Source of the DNA: Octopus vulgaris
Taxonomy: Eukaryota
Direction of reading: 5' to 3'
Assembly: GCA_951406725.2 (NCBI GenBank)
Contig: OX597820.1
Coordinates: 124,744,001 to 124,808,000 of the forward strand
Length of the DNA: 64,000 nucleotides
A program made the translations under genes and the position numbers. The notes beneath the pieces are model-generated. The model saw only the letters and a list, made by a program, of their open reading frames with translations, had not been told where the DNA came from and made no database searches. Below, piece after piece: positions 13,537 to 27,490 of this stretch (within the stretch, counting starts at the first letter, position 1; each line of letters starts with the position of its first letter).

Positions 13537-13749
13537 AGACGGCGAGCTGGCAGAAACGTTAGCACGCCGGGCGAAATGCTTTGTGTTATTTCGTCCGCTG
13601 CTGCGTTCTGAGTTCAAATTCCGCCGAGGTCGACTTTGCCTTTCATCCTTTCATCCTTACGCACTGGAGTCGATGTAATCAACTTAATCCCTTTGTCTGT
13701 CCTTGATTGTCCCCGCTATGTTCAGCCCCTTGTGGACAATGAAAAAAAA
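13537..13749 (+). mobile_element. SINE family A copy with internal deletion
   Basis: Near-identical to the reverse complement of 5113-5343 except for a deletion after tttcatcctt. Confidence 0.9.
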
Positions 13750-14294
13750 ATCATCTCTTCATATATATATATAAATACATATACATATATTTATATGCGT
13801 AGTGTGTGTGCATGTGTTATTAATATGCAGCACACGATATGGATTGTATGAAGATCCAGGAGTTCCGTGCAGAGTAGATAACATATTAAAGGAAACGTCG
13901 GCTCTTGAATTACTGTAACATCTGCCAATTATTCATAAAAATACATATATTCTCATATTTTGTATCATCGTTTTTATTTGTAGGCTCGCGCACACACACG
14001 CACGCGCACATACATATATATAAGAACTAATACCGATCTATGGTCTGTACTCTTTGGAAAAGTTGAAGCAATTGACTTATGTTATGTTCTCGATGTTTTG
14101 TTCTCGCTTGTTGAAAAGAAAATTCAACCCACACGTAAATATATTCACGCACGCACACACATACATTACATACGCACATATATATATGCAGTTATATTAA
14201 TGTATATATGCAAATATAAATATTCATAAATAGATAGATAGGTAGATATATAGATAGATAGATAGATAGATAGATATACATACATGTATATGCA

Positions 14295-14580
<286 letters not shown>

Positions 14581-17500
14581 TATATATATATATATACTAG
14601 ACTTGGTTCTAACTATGATATTAATGGCATCTACATATCTACTCTAGAGTAGAAGAGTTGTGGACTGTTCTTGCTAGTATATGCTTAAGCTTTCTGTCCC
14701 ACCAGGTCATAAAGAGGCCGGCCACATCTCCAGCTACACCAGCACCGATGAACCGGCATGTATAGTTTCACCGGTGTGTGTGTGTTAAATGACTCTCCTC
14801 AGTCACAACAGAATATATATATACAGTGATGTTGTTGGACCTTATGTATATGTATAAGATCCAAGAACACCGCTGATGCTTCCTTAATTGCTCGTTGATA
14901 AATAGATTATCAGTGTAGACATCTCATCAAACATTTAATGTCGTATTGTCACATTAAAACAAACTGTATAACGATTTTATCAATCTTCATCTATTAACTA
15001 AGTTCCTGACCAACACAGAAACCACATTCCGATAATATCATAACTTTTTATTTGTGCATTCTACATCTTGAATCTCAGTTCCTTATATCAAATGTGAAAA
15101 AGGTTCTCGTTTACACTCAACGTTTTATAAACTCTACATAATGAATTTTTATGTCAGTATATAATCAAATGTTTCGCTATATTTTATTATGAAATTTCAA
15201 ATTATATTTAGCCTATAGGTCTATAAAAAATAAAGTCCATTGCTAGAGGGGATATATTTTAATAATATTGAACGATAAGAAATAGTATTCTTAGTTATCT
15301 CCATTGATATGTGTTTTTATTTTATGAAAAATCGATCTGAATTTCTTATTCAAAGTATTTTTTCCATTCTAACGCCTGCTGGACATTGATACAAATATAG
15401 GTATATAATGAAAGCATCATAGTGATCTCTTGTTTTGGTTATCAAGGGTATTTTTCTGCGTATATTTTCAAGCAATTTCTAACATCAGTCATTGCTTCCT
15501 AACAATACAAGAGTGATATAAGTAAAAATAGTTGTTTTCATTCATCTCCTATCGTGTACATGCAATAATAATATTTATATTGAGATAAATGCTTCCATAC
15601 ATATAATTTTTATTTCGGAATATTTCCATATAATGAAACCGCAACTAAAGTTCATACAGAATTTTACTTTCCCACTTTGAAATGCGGGAGTTATTCGTTT
15701 TTAGAATGATTTGAACGGGGGTAGGTTAGTAAACCAAGGTATTTCATACTGGGGAGATTGTTTTAAATTTTGACATGCTTTTGATTGAAAGGCTTTAAAA
15801 CTGATATTCAAATAGAATTTTCTGATACATAATTTCCCTGTTGGCCTACAATATTACGTTAATTTTTTATGTTTTGAAGCAGATTTCCTATTGAATACAA
15901 TGTATCCGTTCATTATATTTAAGAAGCATTATTCTAATAGCTACAGAAATAAAATATATTTCTTAAATCAGCTCATATATCTGCACTCCATGGCCTTTTT
16001 AGCATTTACATATACAATTCCGTTCTGTTTCTTAACACCTTATCAGGTCAATTGAAGGAAATCAAGTGAAATGCAATGAAAGCAGACTTTTGGCTATATT
16101 TTCTTATTTTCTTTCATTGGGGGAGGAAACATAACTTTAGAGCTATTCACCAACTTTTGAACAAATTCATTGAGAATTAACTTATTTACTGGATCATACA
16201 TTCATACACCCCCCCCATACACACACATGCACACGCATGTGCTATCACTTCAAATAAAACATATTTACTTATTTACATATTTTAATCATTGACCTACAAC
16301 GGTTTTTATATTTTCCCAATCTGAAAATAATTTTATTAACATAGGAATGTAAATTCAATCAACCATCAATAAAAGGGTAGCAAAGATGTATCGAACTAGA
16401 AGACATTCTTGTTTGACGTTAAGTTTTGAATTCCGATTCAGAAAAATATATTCATACATGCACACCTCTTTATGCATGGATGTATACATAAAAATTTGTA
16501 CCACGGCCTGTGTTTTACTAATAATTGGTAATTATGTGATTTAGCATAGTGTCACACTCTTCGTTAAATCTTTTGTTTGATATATAAATTCTTCATATAT
16601 AATATAATTACAATTTCAACTAGTATCAGCTCTCATAAAATTCCTAATATTATCAAGTAATTTATTTAACCTGCCACGACGTTATCTGTTGATAGATAAA
16701 GATTGTTTGCAATGCTGCTGCCTATGTTAGTGTCATTTATATCAGTCACGTTAAAGAGAACAGTTTTCTCATGGGTTCTCATATGAAATATTGTCGGATA
16801 TTAAAATCCACGCTAAAAAAATATTACAAGAAAATAATAGTAGCCATTTATCAATATTATGGTCAAATTCTTATTGGCAAAAATAAGGGTATATTCTGTT
16901 TAGCATCACCCATTGATAGTGCATAATATTCGCTAAGAGTAAGCAGAAAAAGGTTCGTAGAAAGGAGTATGAAATTAGAATTGGTTAGAGAACAATATTT
17001 AGACTATATAATTTATGTGTGTAATAACATATTTAATGCAGTAAATTCGGTAAATAATACTTCATCTGAAAGTAAGCTGTACACAGTATCGCTGAACAGG
17101 ATATTTACAACAATACCAAAATGTGTCCTCAAAAATCTTATGTAATTGTTACTAAAACAAAAGTATATTAAGTATTGACGGATCAGTCTTTTAAAGTATT
17201 AATCAGTTCTAATGTTTTAGAATTGCATTAGCAAATACATAATTAACAATGAACTATTTTTATTTTCTGAATTAATATATTATCTGAAATATAAAATTTG
17301 GAAACTATATTACTCTGATTGGCTTCTATTCGCCGCGTATGTGTGCATAATATATTAGAATGCATACAAAATATGAGATGCTTAATATCCCTCACTCAGT
17401 ATAATGCATTCAATTCTCATATATAATTGTCACATATTTACGAAAAATGTTTATGTGCAGAAACCTTTCTAAAAAATACGTAGTAAATCACGTTGCAAGT

Positions 17501-18027
17501 TCATCATATTGTCAATTCCGATTTTAATGTAATTTAAATTACGTGAAATGTGCGGGTGGTTGGGTTAGAATAGAACTTCAACTAATAATGAAATCTTAAT
17601 ACATTTCCGAAGACAGTGTATGAAACAAAATTAATATAAATGCTAAAATTGAGCACGCATGTATTAATAATTAGTAGATGTTGATGATATATATATTTAA
17701 TATAACTTATAAAGAATCGAGTGATATGCTGACTGGATATAAAACCGGGACTATGGTATATATCAGATGAATGGAATGCCTACATTGTATTTCTAAAACA
17801 AATGAGAATTAGATTTTTAAGTAAACATTGAGATGCCATTGATATTGTATTATCTATTACGAGGCTTTCAAAGAAACCAGGTTCTTGTTAAAATCACTTT
17901 TATCCCTAGGGAAATTTTAGGTGCGCATATTCTAGATATGCACACACACATACACACAAGCACACACACAGAGTGCAATTACCATTCATTAATTAAAGCA
18001 TATCTATTTGACATATTCATTTTGAAT

Positions 18028-18109
<82 letters not shown>

Positions 18110-18757
18110 ACATGTATGTATATACGTATGTAGTGTATCTATGCACCATTGCTATATATTTACGACAACTGTCCTCTCATATTTACTCACTTTGACACGC
18201 ACTTGTAAGTGTAAATGAGTGTGACAGTAGGTATTTGCGCTTTCCTAATAATTCTGAAATGATTCTAAATATACAGCATGAACATATTTCCACGTAGTTG
18301 TGTGACGAAAAACGTGACAAAATTAAAAACTAACATTAATACAAGATAACTTAATGTTATACAAATTTAACGCACAAACACATGGTGGAAACCTAGAGAC
18401 ATGCTATTGTGTGTATAAGAAAGGCTTATATAAAAGATGAAAATATTTTCAGGTGAAGGCAAAAAGCTGAAAATCAGTTCGAATGCAGATTCATAAGCCT
18501 ACATTAGGAAAAAATGTCACAAATCTAAAAACATATCTTCAATCTATGCATTTGTAGGAATCCTATTTTTGTTTATATGACCTATATTTAAATTCATGAG
18601 AAGATTAGCGTTTTAACCCATGTTTCTAGTCCTAATTTGAAATATTTTTAATATACAACGCAGAATAACTGTATAAGTCTTTGTTAGATTGCTCGTTGGG
18701 AGAAAATTGTAGCACACTTTTATTTACAGTATTTTGTACAGAGTACACATGATATAA

Positions 18758-18789
<32 letters not shown>

Positions 18790-18865
18790 GATCGATCGAT
18801 CTACTTATGTGTCTTCCTAACTACCTTTCTTTATATGTATATGCATGTGCATATATCTATGTATC

Positions 18866-18901
<36 letters not shown>

Positions 18902-19051
18902 AAAGGGTGAGTATATATATACACATACGTATATATGTATTTAATTTTGTATATGTACATATATATATATACATACATACATACTCACATATATATATGC
19001 ACTTTATTATTATTGAAGCTGCAAAACATCACAAAAGATATCTTAAAAAAC

Positions 19052-19132
19052 GCGGGCATATAGCATAATGGTTAAGAGCGTAAGCTACTAAACCTAGGAT
19101 TCCGAGTTCAATTCTTGGCAGTGCCTTCTATA

Positions 19133-19211
<79 letters not shown>

Positions 19212-19392
19212 TCAGCAAAAAATTCCTTAGAAATGAGAACCCAAGTTTGGGTTCAAAATTCTACAAGGACACCTGATGAAGGCTGGGGAGTAAATCAGCC
19301 GAATCGTTGTGGTCGCAACAAACAAGCTGAGGACTCATATCCGTCGAATGTAAATGATGTACAGAATTCCTCATCTCTCAAATATAGAACAG
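19052..19392 (+). mobile_element. SINE family C: tRNA-like head, (TAA)n, hammerhead-containing tail
   Basis: A box TAGCATAATGG 19061-19071; B box GAGTTCAATTC 19104-19114; (TAA)n 19131-19212; tail with CTGATGA at 19273. The tail is homologous to 58587-58668. Confidence 0.75.
19268..19314 (+). ncRNA. Minimal type I hammerhead motif (GAAA mutated to GAAT in this copy)
   Basis: gacac-CTGATGA-A-GGCTG-gggagtaaat-CAGCC-GAAT-CG-TT-gtggtc: 5-bp stem II, stem I cac/gtg. Confidence 0.7.
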
Positions 19393-20073
19393 TATTTAAT
19401 TTTTTGATTTGAGAAAAATTTGGGCTTCTATTTCTAGTAGAGTTACTATAGTTATGCATCCTTATCAGTTTGTAAATATGGATTCCTGTAGGCTTTTATG
19501 TGTTCCTGTCGAGAACAGTGTGTAATTTGATGCCAAAACGTCTATCTCAAGTGTTAATGTATCTTACTCTAATATTGCATGAACTTAGGTGTTTATACTG
19601 GATCCATTTGAGGTAATAGTTTATATTGATATAAAATTTGACGATAGATGTGGAAATTTCGGTGAGACTTTCTGTAAGACCAATAAATACCCTAGGTATA
19701 TGCCTTAAATATTCACTTGAATATCATCATAGTTTAATCTGTGGATCAGTAGATAGTTGCGCAGAGCAGGTATTAGCAGGATGTAGTTGGTAAACGATAG
19801 GTGCATATAGAGAAACACACAAATGCGTAAAGGGTATACTGTAATATTAATCTCAACCACTGTGTTGTTTCCCGAAATCTCATATATAAATGTGTAAGAA
19901 CATAAGCACACTTTAGGAGTGATAATTCTTTTTAAAATATTTCCAATAGAAAGGGATCAAGAAATTTCATGATATTAGCATTAACATATACACACAAAAA
20001 CATATACATTTATAGAAACATACATACATACACAGACGCAGACATTCACGCTCACATACCTGCAGGCACACAC

Positions 20074-20147
<74 letters not shown>

Positions 20148-20504
20148 ATGACTAAAGTTATATTAGATAATATCCCAGGTGAAATAAGTTTTCATGCATG
20201 TTCGATCAGTCACCTGATATGAAATGCAAATAAGATGGGCAGAAGATACGAAATATCATACATTTTCCAAAAGTGACATGCCATTAAGGAAAATGTGTTT
20301 TTATTTCAGGAAGACTAATACTCGCAGAATTTGTCGTTCGTCTTCTTGAAGTAAAGCGATACTTCAAAATATATTTGAAAAGACCATGCGATACTAAATA
20401 TGCAAAGTGAAAGGGAATATGACCTAAAAGAAAGAACAGAATATCTATGGGCACGTATTTCAACACCAAAAACGAAAAGGGATTACACTTATACACTGTT
20501 GTTC

Positions 20505-20860
20505 CTTTTCTTGTTTCAGTCATTTGACTGCTGACATGCTGGAGCACCCCCTCTAGTTGAACTGATCGACTGCAGGACTTATTATTTGTAAGCTTAGTAA
20601 TTCGGATCGTTTTTGTCGACCCGCTAAGTTACGGGGAGGTAGACACACCAACATCAATTGTCAAACATAGACACACAAATGCATACATATGTATACACGA
20701 CGGACTTCTTTCAGTTTTCGTCTACCAGATCCACTCACACGGCTTTGGTCGGCCCGAGGTTATAGTAGAAACACTTGCCCAAGGCGCATTTTACTGGAAT
20801 TGAAACCGGAACCATGTGGTTGAAAAGCAAGCTTCTTATCACTCAGCCACTCCTGCGCCT
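20505..20860 (-). mobile_element. SINE family B copy (diverged)
   Basis: Runs from cttgtttcagtcatttgactgc to cagccactcctgcgcct, the reverse complement of the family B tail and head. Confidence 0.85.
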
Positions 20861-20954
20861 GCGTCACACAGCCACTCCTGCGGCTTTACATAATTTTGTC
20901 TTAGTTATCGCATTAAACGAAGTTGAGTTCATACGCCAATCAATATATATTTTT

Positions 20955-21295
20955 TCAAGCCTAGCACTTATTTGATTGGTTTCTTTTCCATACCTCCAAG
21001 TTACAGGGATAGAAATATACCGACACCGGTTGTCTGGTGGTAGAGGAGGAGAAATACACACACACACACACACTCAAACAAACACATACACACACACTCA
21101 AACACACACACGCACACTCACTCAAACAAACGCTTACAGAACACATACACACGACATACTTTTTTCAGTTTCCTGCTACTAAAGCCACTTAGAAGTTATT
21201 AGTGGGCAAGAAACTATATTAGAAGACCTTGCTCGAGGTGCTATGCAGTGGGACTGAACCTGGTATCATGTTGTTTGGAAGCAAACTTATCTAAG
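20955..21295 (-). mobile_element. SINE family B copy (highly diverged)
   Basis: agaagaccttgctcgaggtgctatgcagtgggactgaacc and an internal (CA)n tract in the expected order. Confidence 0.65.
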
Positions 21296-21429
21296 AAACC
21301 TAGCAAGCCTTGACACTCGGACATATGTCCCCCCGCTTCTTTCAGTAAGTGTCCCCCTTTCCTACCTTTCGTTCCTTCTTCCTTTCTTTCTGTCGGGCGG
21401 TCAGTGTATATATATATATATATATGCAC

Positions 21430-21466
<37 letters not shown>

Positions 21467-21894
21467 AAGAAAGAAAGAAAGAAAAAGAGAAAAAACGGGA
21501 TATACTGACAGACAGACACTAGCATCATAGTGTGCAGGGATGATTTGGAGTATAAGCTCCTGTTCCCAAAACATACCGAACGCATTTCGATTTCCAATGA
21601 CTGTGGAGTGACGTTTCCTATTCTTCCGTTTCCATGGAAGGATGTTTTATCCGGGAATATATTGTTTTGCATCATTTTAATGACAAAGATTTATTTTTTC
21701 AAGATTGATTTAGTATCATGACATAGTGAAATACTTTCTAACGTACAAACACTGAAGTGGCAAAATAATTTACATACGCTATATAGTATCATCCCTCGTT
21801 CAGTTATCCTTTAGCTTCTTCCGACTCACATATATATATACCTGTTGCAGAGAGTAAGTGCAAATAAAGCGCTGGCAGCTTTAGGGTAGCTATG

Positions 21895-21935
<41 letters not shown>

Positions 21936-21991
21936 GTCTCGGTATGTATGTATATGCGTGTTTGTGTCAATACACATACATTTACATACAT

Positions 21992-22072
<81 letters not shown>

Positions 22073-22136
22073 TACATGTATATATATATGTATATATATA
22101 TATATATATTTATGTATATGTATATATATATTTATG

Positions 22137-22207
<71 letters not shown>

Positions 22208-24148
22208 GTATATACATATATATATACATAGATACCATTTCCTGCTTCCATTCTTTAAGGTTTCTATCTAGGTGCGGAATCTATATTCATACGTAAACAG
22301 AAAATTGGAACACTGCCGACGAACGATTTAGGAGAAGAAATAACTGCTCTAAGGGCTCGCATTTTAACCTGTTTCTGATCAAATGCCATTGTGGATGTCT
22401 GTGTCAGTCATGTTTATGTAGTTGCTCATATAACTACCGATGTAACGCGCGTTTGATTAATTTGTCTAACTCTCTTCCACTTGTGATTAATCAAATAAAA
22501 TCAATAAATGTCTGCTGAAGTTGTGAGTTGTTCTAATTTCTCAAGAAAAATTTCACAGGAATTGATTTATTTTTTTAACATTTAAACAACATAAAAGAAG
22601 AAGTAAAAAAAACACAAACAATGCTCCGCGTATGGTGTATAACACAATGTATGTCTCTACTGTGAATTACATTATCGCTTTCAGTCTCAATGTTATGCAG
22701 GATATGAACGAAAATTCGAGGACACCTACTGCCTTATTTACTATATACCAAACAATGCATATCCTAAAGTCCTGGATATTGTACTGCTTTGATAGAAGAA
22801 TGATTACGTCAACAGGCATCCAGCGCAAAGGCATTTAGTGCTTTGCGACTTCATTTCTGCGTTTCTTAATAAGTTTCATTCATTTGCTTTTCCGTTGTTT
22901 AAAAGCTATACTCCAGTAACCCACAACTAACGTGTTAATAGCAGGTTGGTTATTTAGACGAGTAAAAAGTGGGGGAAATTCGATTTTATACGTAAAATAA
23001 AAAAAATTACGAAAGTGTATATGAAACTGAAATATTGCTGGCTGTATGAAAGAATAAATTTGATAAATACATGAAATTATTAAAAGGAATTTCAGAGATG
23101 AATGTGAATATTAAAGCGAAACTGCCAAAGGAAAAGAATAAAAAAGTGAGGAAAAAACACAGGCAATTGGCAAAGAAAAACAGATAGGAAGAAGAAGTAA
23201 TATAGATTATACGACGTAGAGAATTAAGATATAGAAGAAGCAGATACACTGCGTACATTTCTCATGAAATTTAATTTAATTTTTCTCTGTGTAGATTTAT
23301 ATCTTGATAAACATGTAAAATCGATTCACGTCTACTGAAGTGCACCGGAAAATAAACTCATAAGATTATATTATTTATTATATATTTATTTAATATTTTA
23401 AAATAAAGCTGTAAAATATATTATGAGAGGTTTAATTTCACGTACAAATACTTCCACAGAAATCCCAAATCTGTGTTATGTATATAGGTGCATATAAATC
23501 ATTCTAGACACAAATGCAATCATACAAAAAATTATAATTAAATGTGATTATGCATGTATGTCTGTATATATGTATGTATGTACTTATATGTATGCATGTG
23601 TAATTGGGTGATGATGACTGCGTAGTATGTGTCTGAAAATATAGGTGTATTTGTGCCTGTGTAATATACATTTATAAATATCAAATAGCTTTTCTTTGAA
23701 GTAGGTATTGAGAAAGATAGTTTTATCTTTTCGGTACCGACATTATTCAGTCTGTTTCGGTTTTATGCAATCCTCACCAATGTTCGTTTTTGGTATCCAT
23801 GCTTAAAGTTTTCCATACACGTATGCTTACATCAGTGATGTTCAAAATCTTTAGGCCATAGATTGTTTGACAAAAAATGTCTGGATGAGTGGCACTTGAT
23901 TTTAATGTATATTAAATAATGCAGTTTTGCCGCTTACTGCATTCTTCAGCAAAATATGTAATACTTCCACAATTTTCATTCATTGCATTTTTTATAATAT
24001 ATCTTATTTTTAAAGTTATTATTTTTTAGATATTGCCTACACATATTACAAAATAGTAAAAAGGCCCGTATGCAAAATACCATTCAAAAGCTCCATAAGG
24101 AAATATATAGTCACCTATCCTGTCCTGAAAATAAATTTGCCATTGTAA

Positions 24149-24400
24149 TCTCTCTATATATAAAACCGAGAATGTGTGTGTGTGTGTGTGTGTGTCTGTC
24201 TGTCTGTTTCCCTAAAGCTACACAACCAATTTCATTTAAATTTTACACATGCCTTATTTAGGATCAATGTAGTGTCATAGGCAAAAAGAAATTTTTAACC
24301 TCTTGCCTAGAGCGAGCCCACAGCAATATCATATCTTCTCTCCTATTTCAGTATTACTTGTTAAAAGCGAAACAAAAACATATCTCTATTGTATGCATAT
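24149..24400 (+). mobile_element. Non-autonomous Helitron-like 5' end
   Basis: Starts a|TCtctctatatataaaac, followed by (TG)n(TCTG)n and aaccaatttcatttaaattttacaca, a layout typical of invertebrate Helitron 5' ends. No CTRR 3' end identified. Confidence 0.5.
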
Positions 24401-25152
24401 GGATGTATATATATATATATTACAAAATATAAAGCTATATCTTGAGATCGTTAGTGACAACAGCACTCAAAATATATAACTGACTGGAATAGTAGTGCTC
24501 AAATGAGCTGCATGCACTTTTTAATCCGAGGGGAGGCAATGCGAGCAGCAACTACAAGAACTCTACAAAATCCACAGAAAGATCAAACACCCACATATAT
24601 TAATATATATTTTTATCTACGGGACAGACATAAAGCCCGACGTTTAGAAATATATAGTAATATATAAATATATAAACATCATATAAAAATATATTGTACG
24701 CATAAGATCCGCTCGGCATTCCATAAGAAAGTTACAAATAACAAATGCAATAAAAGTTAGAGGTACTAATAACAATTGAATTAAATATAGTAAATATAGT
24801 AAGTAGTAATTAAATATATTTTATTTTATTAAAATGGTAATTAAATCGTAATATAACAATTAAAAGAAAAAAATAGCAATTAGTATAAAATGTATCAAGA
24901 ACTTGAACTCGAATATGTGGCTTTGCATGAATGGGAGAAATTAAAAGATGAACAATTTAATTGAGTGAAGAAATAAATTAGTCCAGATGCGCGCATACTA
25001 TTTACGATAGCTGCTAGATTGAATTATATGCTTATAAAGTAGCATTCAGTATCTATGAGAATTTTTGGGAGTACGTAATGTCTGGTCTTTTGCATGTAGC
25101 CGGTATGTAATTGTGCATTTGTTTCCGTGTACTATGTGTTGTGTGTAAAAAA

Positions 25153-25234
25153 CATCCTGACGAGGGGAATGTCAATTTTAAATATATGATATGTTTTATA
25201 TCAATTGGTAAATCTCCGAAACGGCTTGTAGATG
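25153..25234 (+). ncRNA. Type I hammerhead ribozyme motif with intact core
   Basis: CATC-CTGACGA-GGGGA..(long insert)..TCTCC-GAAAC-ggctt-GTA-GATG: stem I CATC/GATG, stem II GGGGA/TCTCC extended by gtcaatt/aattggt, stem III AC/GT, GUA cleavage triplet. Confidence 0.8.
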
Positions 25235-25658
25235 AACTTTTATGTATTTTTGTTGGCACTGGGTCAGCCGTCGCTTTGCTTTCTGTTCATATATATGTAT
25301 TAAAAAAGTGCCTAGATTTCTATATATACTACGTATTTGTACATTAACCTACTTCGAGATAGGTTGTCTCATGCTTTAGAGTATTAGATTTTATAGATGC
25401 TTTTTAAAATATTTTTAAGCAAAATTGACGCGTCTATCTATATACACTATTATTTGTGTGTTGGCCTCATGGCTTTTAATGTTTATACTTTTCCAATTTT
25501 AAAAATGTTATTGCATGTTTTTCTGGTAATTAGTGGGAAGCGTTAATTTATACAGCTACATATAACAATAGAAGAGAAAATATAGACACATAAAACCGAA
25601 AGAAAAATATAGAGACGTCACAAATTAACACATTCAGAAACAACAAAAGCCATATCTC

Positions 25659-25659
<1 letters not shown>

Positions 25660-25740
<81 letters not shown>

Positions 25741-25775
25741 GCATGCCTGTCGCTATCTCTCTATATCTCACTGTG

Positions 25776-25830
<55 letters not shown>
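25660..25830. repeat. (ATCT)n followed by (TA)n microsatellites
   Basis: Directly visible. Confidence 0.95.
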
Positions 25831-25832
<2 letters not shown>

Positions 25833-26408
25833 CATATGGGTGTTTGGTTCACAAGTGATCTAAACGATTAGGTGCGCTAGAATTGCACCTACGGATTCAT
25901 GCTCTGGTTTCTACAAATTCGGAAAGTAGAACTATGAACATTTCTGGTTCGTTTTTCTTGTTTCTTTCCTTCTCCTTATTCTTTTATTCCTTTCCTCTAT
26001 ATCATCTTATTATTAATATATACCGTTCATGTTTTTTTTACCAATTTGTCTCTGATAACGGAGTATCCTATACTCGGGGATATCCCACCAACAGCTGTCA
26101 GATTTTGAGTTTCTTCCTATAATAATATTGTATATGACTTGAGATATTTGCCTTGCCTTAATGTTTGCTGTCGTGTTTAACACCCCCCCGAACACACGCG
26201 CGCGCACACACACATACACACACATATATATATACATAATAGGTAGGTGTATGTTTTTTCCTAAAACAAATTACTTATGCATTATCGCGCAGTTTTTCAT
26301 CATCTCCCTTACGCTCGGCGAGACCTACGCTATTACATGCAGGCATAGATACACGAATACATGCATACATACAAATATATAAATGTGCGTGTGCGTGCGC
26401 GTGTGCGT

Positions 26409-26449
<41 letters not shown>

Positions 26450-26617
26450 CGTTTATGTATAGATGTATGAATATATTGGGACCGAAGATTATGCAGCAGA
26501 AAACGAATAGAGTGTTCAACAGGAATTCTAACTTTATATTACGCCGGAACTTGAAGCTGCAAGAGTTTCACGTTCTTGCTTATCAGAAATGTGTGGAAAT
26601 TAAGGGGAGCGCAGCAA

Positions 26618-26674
<57 letters not shown>

Positions 26675-26755
26675 TTTTTAATTGAGGGAATAAAATCCAA
26701 ACTTACAAGGAAAAAGAATTCAATTTAGAAATACTAAATCAAATTCAACAATATA

Positions 26756-27013
26756 ATATAATATATTAGAAAAACTCCTTCTATCAATTCGAAATGAATA
26801 ATTAAATTACGCCATCTTGAATATTACATATAATAGAAAAGTTAAAATTAAAATAACAATGAAAAATTATAACATTTTTGTAATTTACTTAATCTTTATT
26901 TTTAATTTTTATTTCAATTTTAACTTTTCTATTATATGTAATTTTCTAGATGGTGTAATTTAATTATTCATTTTAAATTGATAGAAGGTGGAATTTTTCC
27001 TAATATATTATAT
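26756..27013. repeat. ~100-bp inverted repeat (arms 26756-26856 and 26909-27013)
   Basis: ccttctatcaatt..aaatgaataattaaattacgccatc..attacatataatagaaaagttaaaatt is mirrored by aattttaacttttctattatatgtaat..gatggtgtaatttaattattcattt..aattgatagaagg. Confidence 0.85.
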
Positions 27014-27029
27014 ATGTGTGTATGTATGT

Positions 27030-27490
27030 AATGTGCGGTAAGTAGATTGCTTACCATCCACATTGTTCCGATTCAGACCAACTGCGTGGCACCTTGGGCA
27101 AGAGTCTTCTCCTATACCCTCGGGTAACCGACCAAAGACTTGTGAGTTGATTTGGTAGATGGAGACTGAAAGAAACCCGTTATATATATATATAATATAT
27201 ATATATATAAATATATATGTATATATCTATCTATCTATATATATGTATATATATATATGCGTGTGTGCGTGTGCTCGCCCGTGTGTGTATGTTTGTGCGT
27301 CTGTGTTTGTACCCCCACCGTCGCTTGACAACAAAAGTTGGCGTGTCTACGTCCCGTAAATTAGCAGTTCGGCAAAATGAGCCCGATCAAATGAATACTA
27401 GGCTTACAAAGAATAAATCCTGGGATCGATTCGTTCGACTAAAGGCGTGCTCCAGCCTTGCCGCAGTCAAAGGACGAAAATAAATAAAAG
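27030..27490 (+). mobile_element. SINE family B copy (diverged, head truncated)
   Basis: ctgcgtggcaccttgggcaag..gatttggtaga..microsatellite..ttagcagttcggcaaaa..cgactaaaggcgtgctccagc. Confidence 0.85.

Noticed and set aside
13860-13905. GAAACGTC motif as a hammerhead half
   Set aside because: No core box or stem II upstream.
19052-19125. Functional tRNA gene
   Set aside because: A and B boxes are present, but the acceptor and anticodon stems do not pair and it continues into a SINE-like body.
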